DNA of 64,000 nt, filler included, from Basidioascus undulatus (lineage: Eukaryota): the NCBI GenBank assembly GCA_000826855.1. It is 9 parts of 9 records of this genome, joined end to end, with 100 filler letters (N's around TTAATTAATTAA, not from the genome) between each part and the next. Parts side by side here need not be neighbours in the genome. Positions count along the whole stretch, not along the records: positions 57,726 to 64,000 come from JTLS01001773.1; 8 more parts are not named here. One strand, 5' to 3'. A program made the translations under genes and the position numbers. The notes under the pieces were generated by a model that did not search any database, was not told where the DNA came from, and was given only the letters and a program-made list of their open reading frames with translations. Shown here piece by piece: positions 63,378-64,000 of this stretch (positions are counted from its first letter, which is position 1; each line of letters begins with the position of its first letter).

Positions 63378-64000
63378 ATGTCCACCCCCCGCACCGCCCG
63401 GGCAATCGTCCTCGGCACTTCCGACACTTCTCTCCCCGCAAAGGGCACGCTCAAGTGGGACCCGGCGGAGGTGACGGAGGTGCCGGTGCCGGAGTTGAAG
63501 GAGGGGGAGGTGTTGGTTAAGATTTCGTGAGTCTGCCCATAAACCCCACAAGAAGAAAAGCGATGTGGCTGATGGAAGGTGCGATGCAAGGGCGGCGGGG
63601 TTCAACCACCGGGATGTGCGTTTGAGTGGAGGAAGGTGGGATGGGAAACTGATTGGAGGTGGTGAGGGAACAGGTCTTCATTCGCCAGGGACTTTATCCG
63701 GGAATTAAGGCGGGGGCGATTATGGGCTCGGTGAGTTCCTGGCTTTCAGCTTTTAGACGAGCCGGAAAGGGGGCAGGGTCGTTGATACGCTTTGGGTGGG
63801 ATAGGACGGCGCAGGTACATCCTTCATTTTTCCGACACTTCTGGGATATGGCTGTATAGAAGAAACTGCTCATATCGAGCGATGGAAATGGCACAGGCAC
63901 CGTCGTAGCCTCCTCCGAGTCCTCCGACCGGCTCATCGGCAAGCGCGTCTTCCTCACCCCCTCCCGCGGCTGGCACGTCTCTTCCCTCCCCCTGCCCTCT
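63378..64000 (+). CDS. MDR-superfamily (zinc-binding ADH / quinone oxidoreductase-like) protein, 3' partial
   Basis: VPVPELKEGEVLVKI/AAGFNHRD/VFIRQGLYPGI..IMGS/..GTVVAS..LIGKRVFLTPSRGW (GroES-like N-domain). Confidence 0.88.

Noticed and set aside
1..64000. Prokaryotic systems (CRISPR arrays, operons, prophage)
   Set aside because: No repeat-spacer arrays were seen. The genes are intron-rich and eukaryotic.

Overview
This is eukaryotic DNA: GC-rich, with many short spliceosomal introns, most likely a basidiomycete fungus. It is not one locus. Nine unrelated contigs of about 7.1 kb are joined by an artificial 100-bp linker (44 N + TTAATTAATTAA + 44 N). The complete contigs fall in descending size order (7126, 7119, 7116, 7113, 7109, 7108, 7107 bp), so gene order across linkers carries no information. 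Recognisable genes: GT15 mannosyltransferase, BMT5, a Zn2Cys6 transcription factor, MND1, an AhpC/TSA-like redoxin, a putative GT-B glycosyltransferase, a Yip1-family protein, an intron-containing tRNA-Asn, a chromodomain gene, mitoribosomal mL44, a CHFR-like RING/PBZ ligase, an expansin-like protein, a GPI-anchored wall protein, TatD, an aromatic aminotransferase, SCAP and an MDR oxidoreductase. Several decayed copies are also present (Hsp70-like, F-box-like, DUF4385, DUF4470-type), plus a Ty3/gypsy RT scrap. Best leads: an FxFG nucleoporin-like segment in frame with mL44 with no internal Met, a 73-bp perfect inverted duplication between F-box-like paralogs, and a tandem pair of unknown coiled-coil genes. 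I see no multi-gene novel system. Family calls come from recalled motifs, not database searches, and exon boundaries were read by eye.
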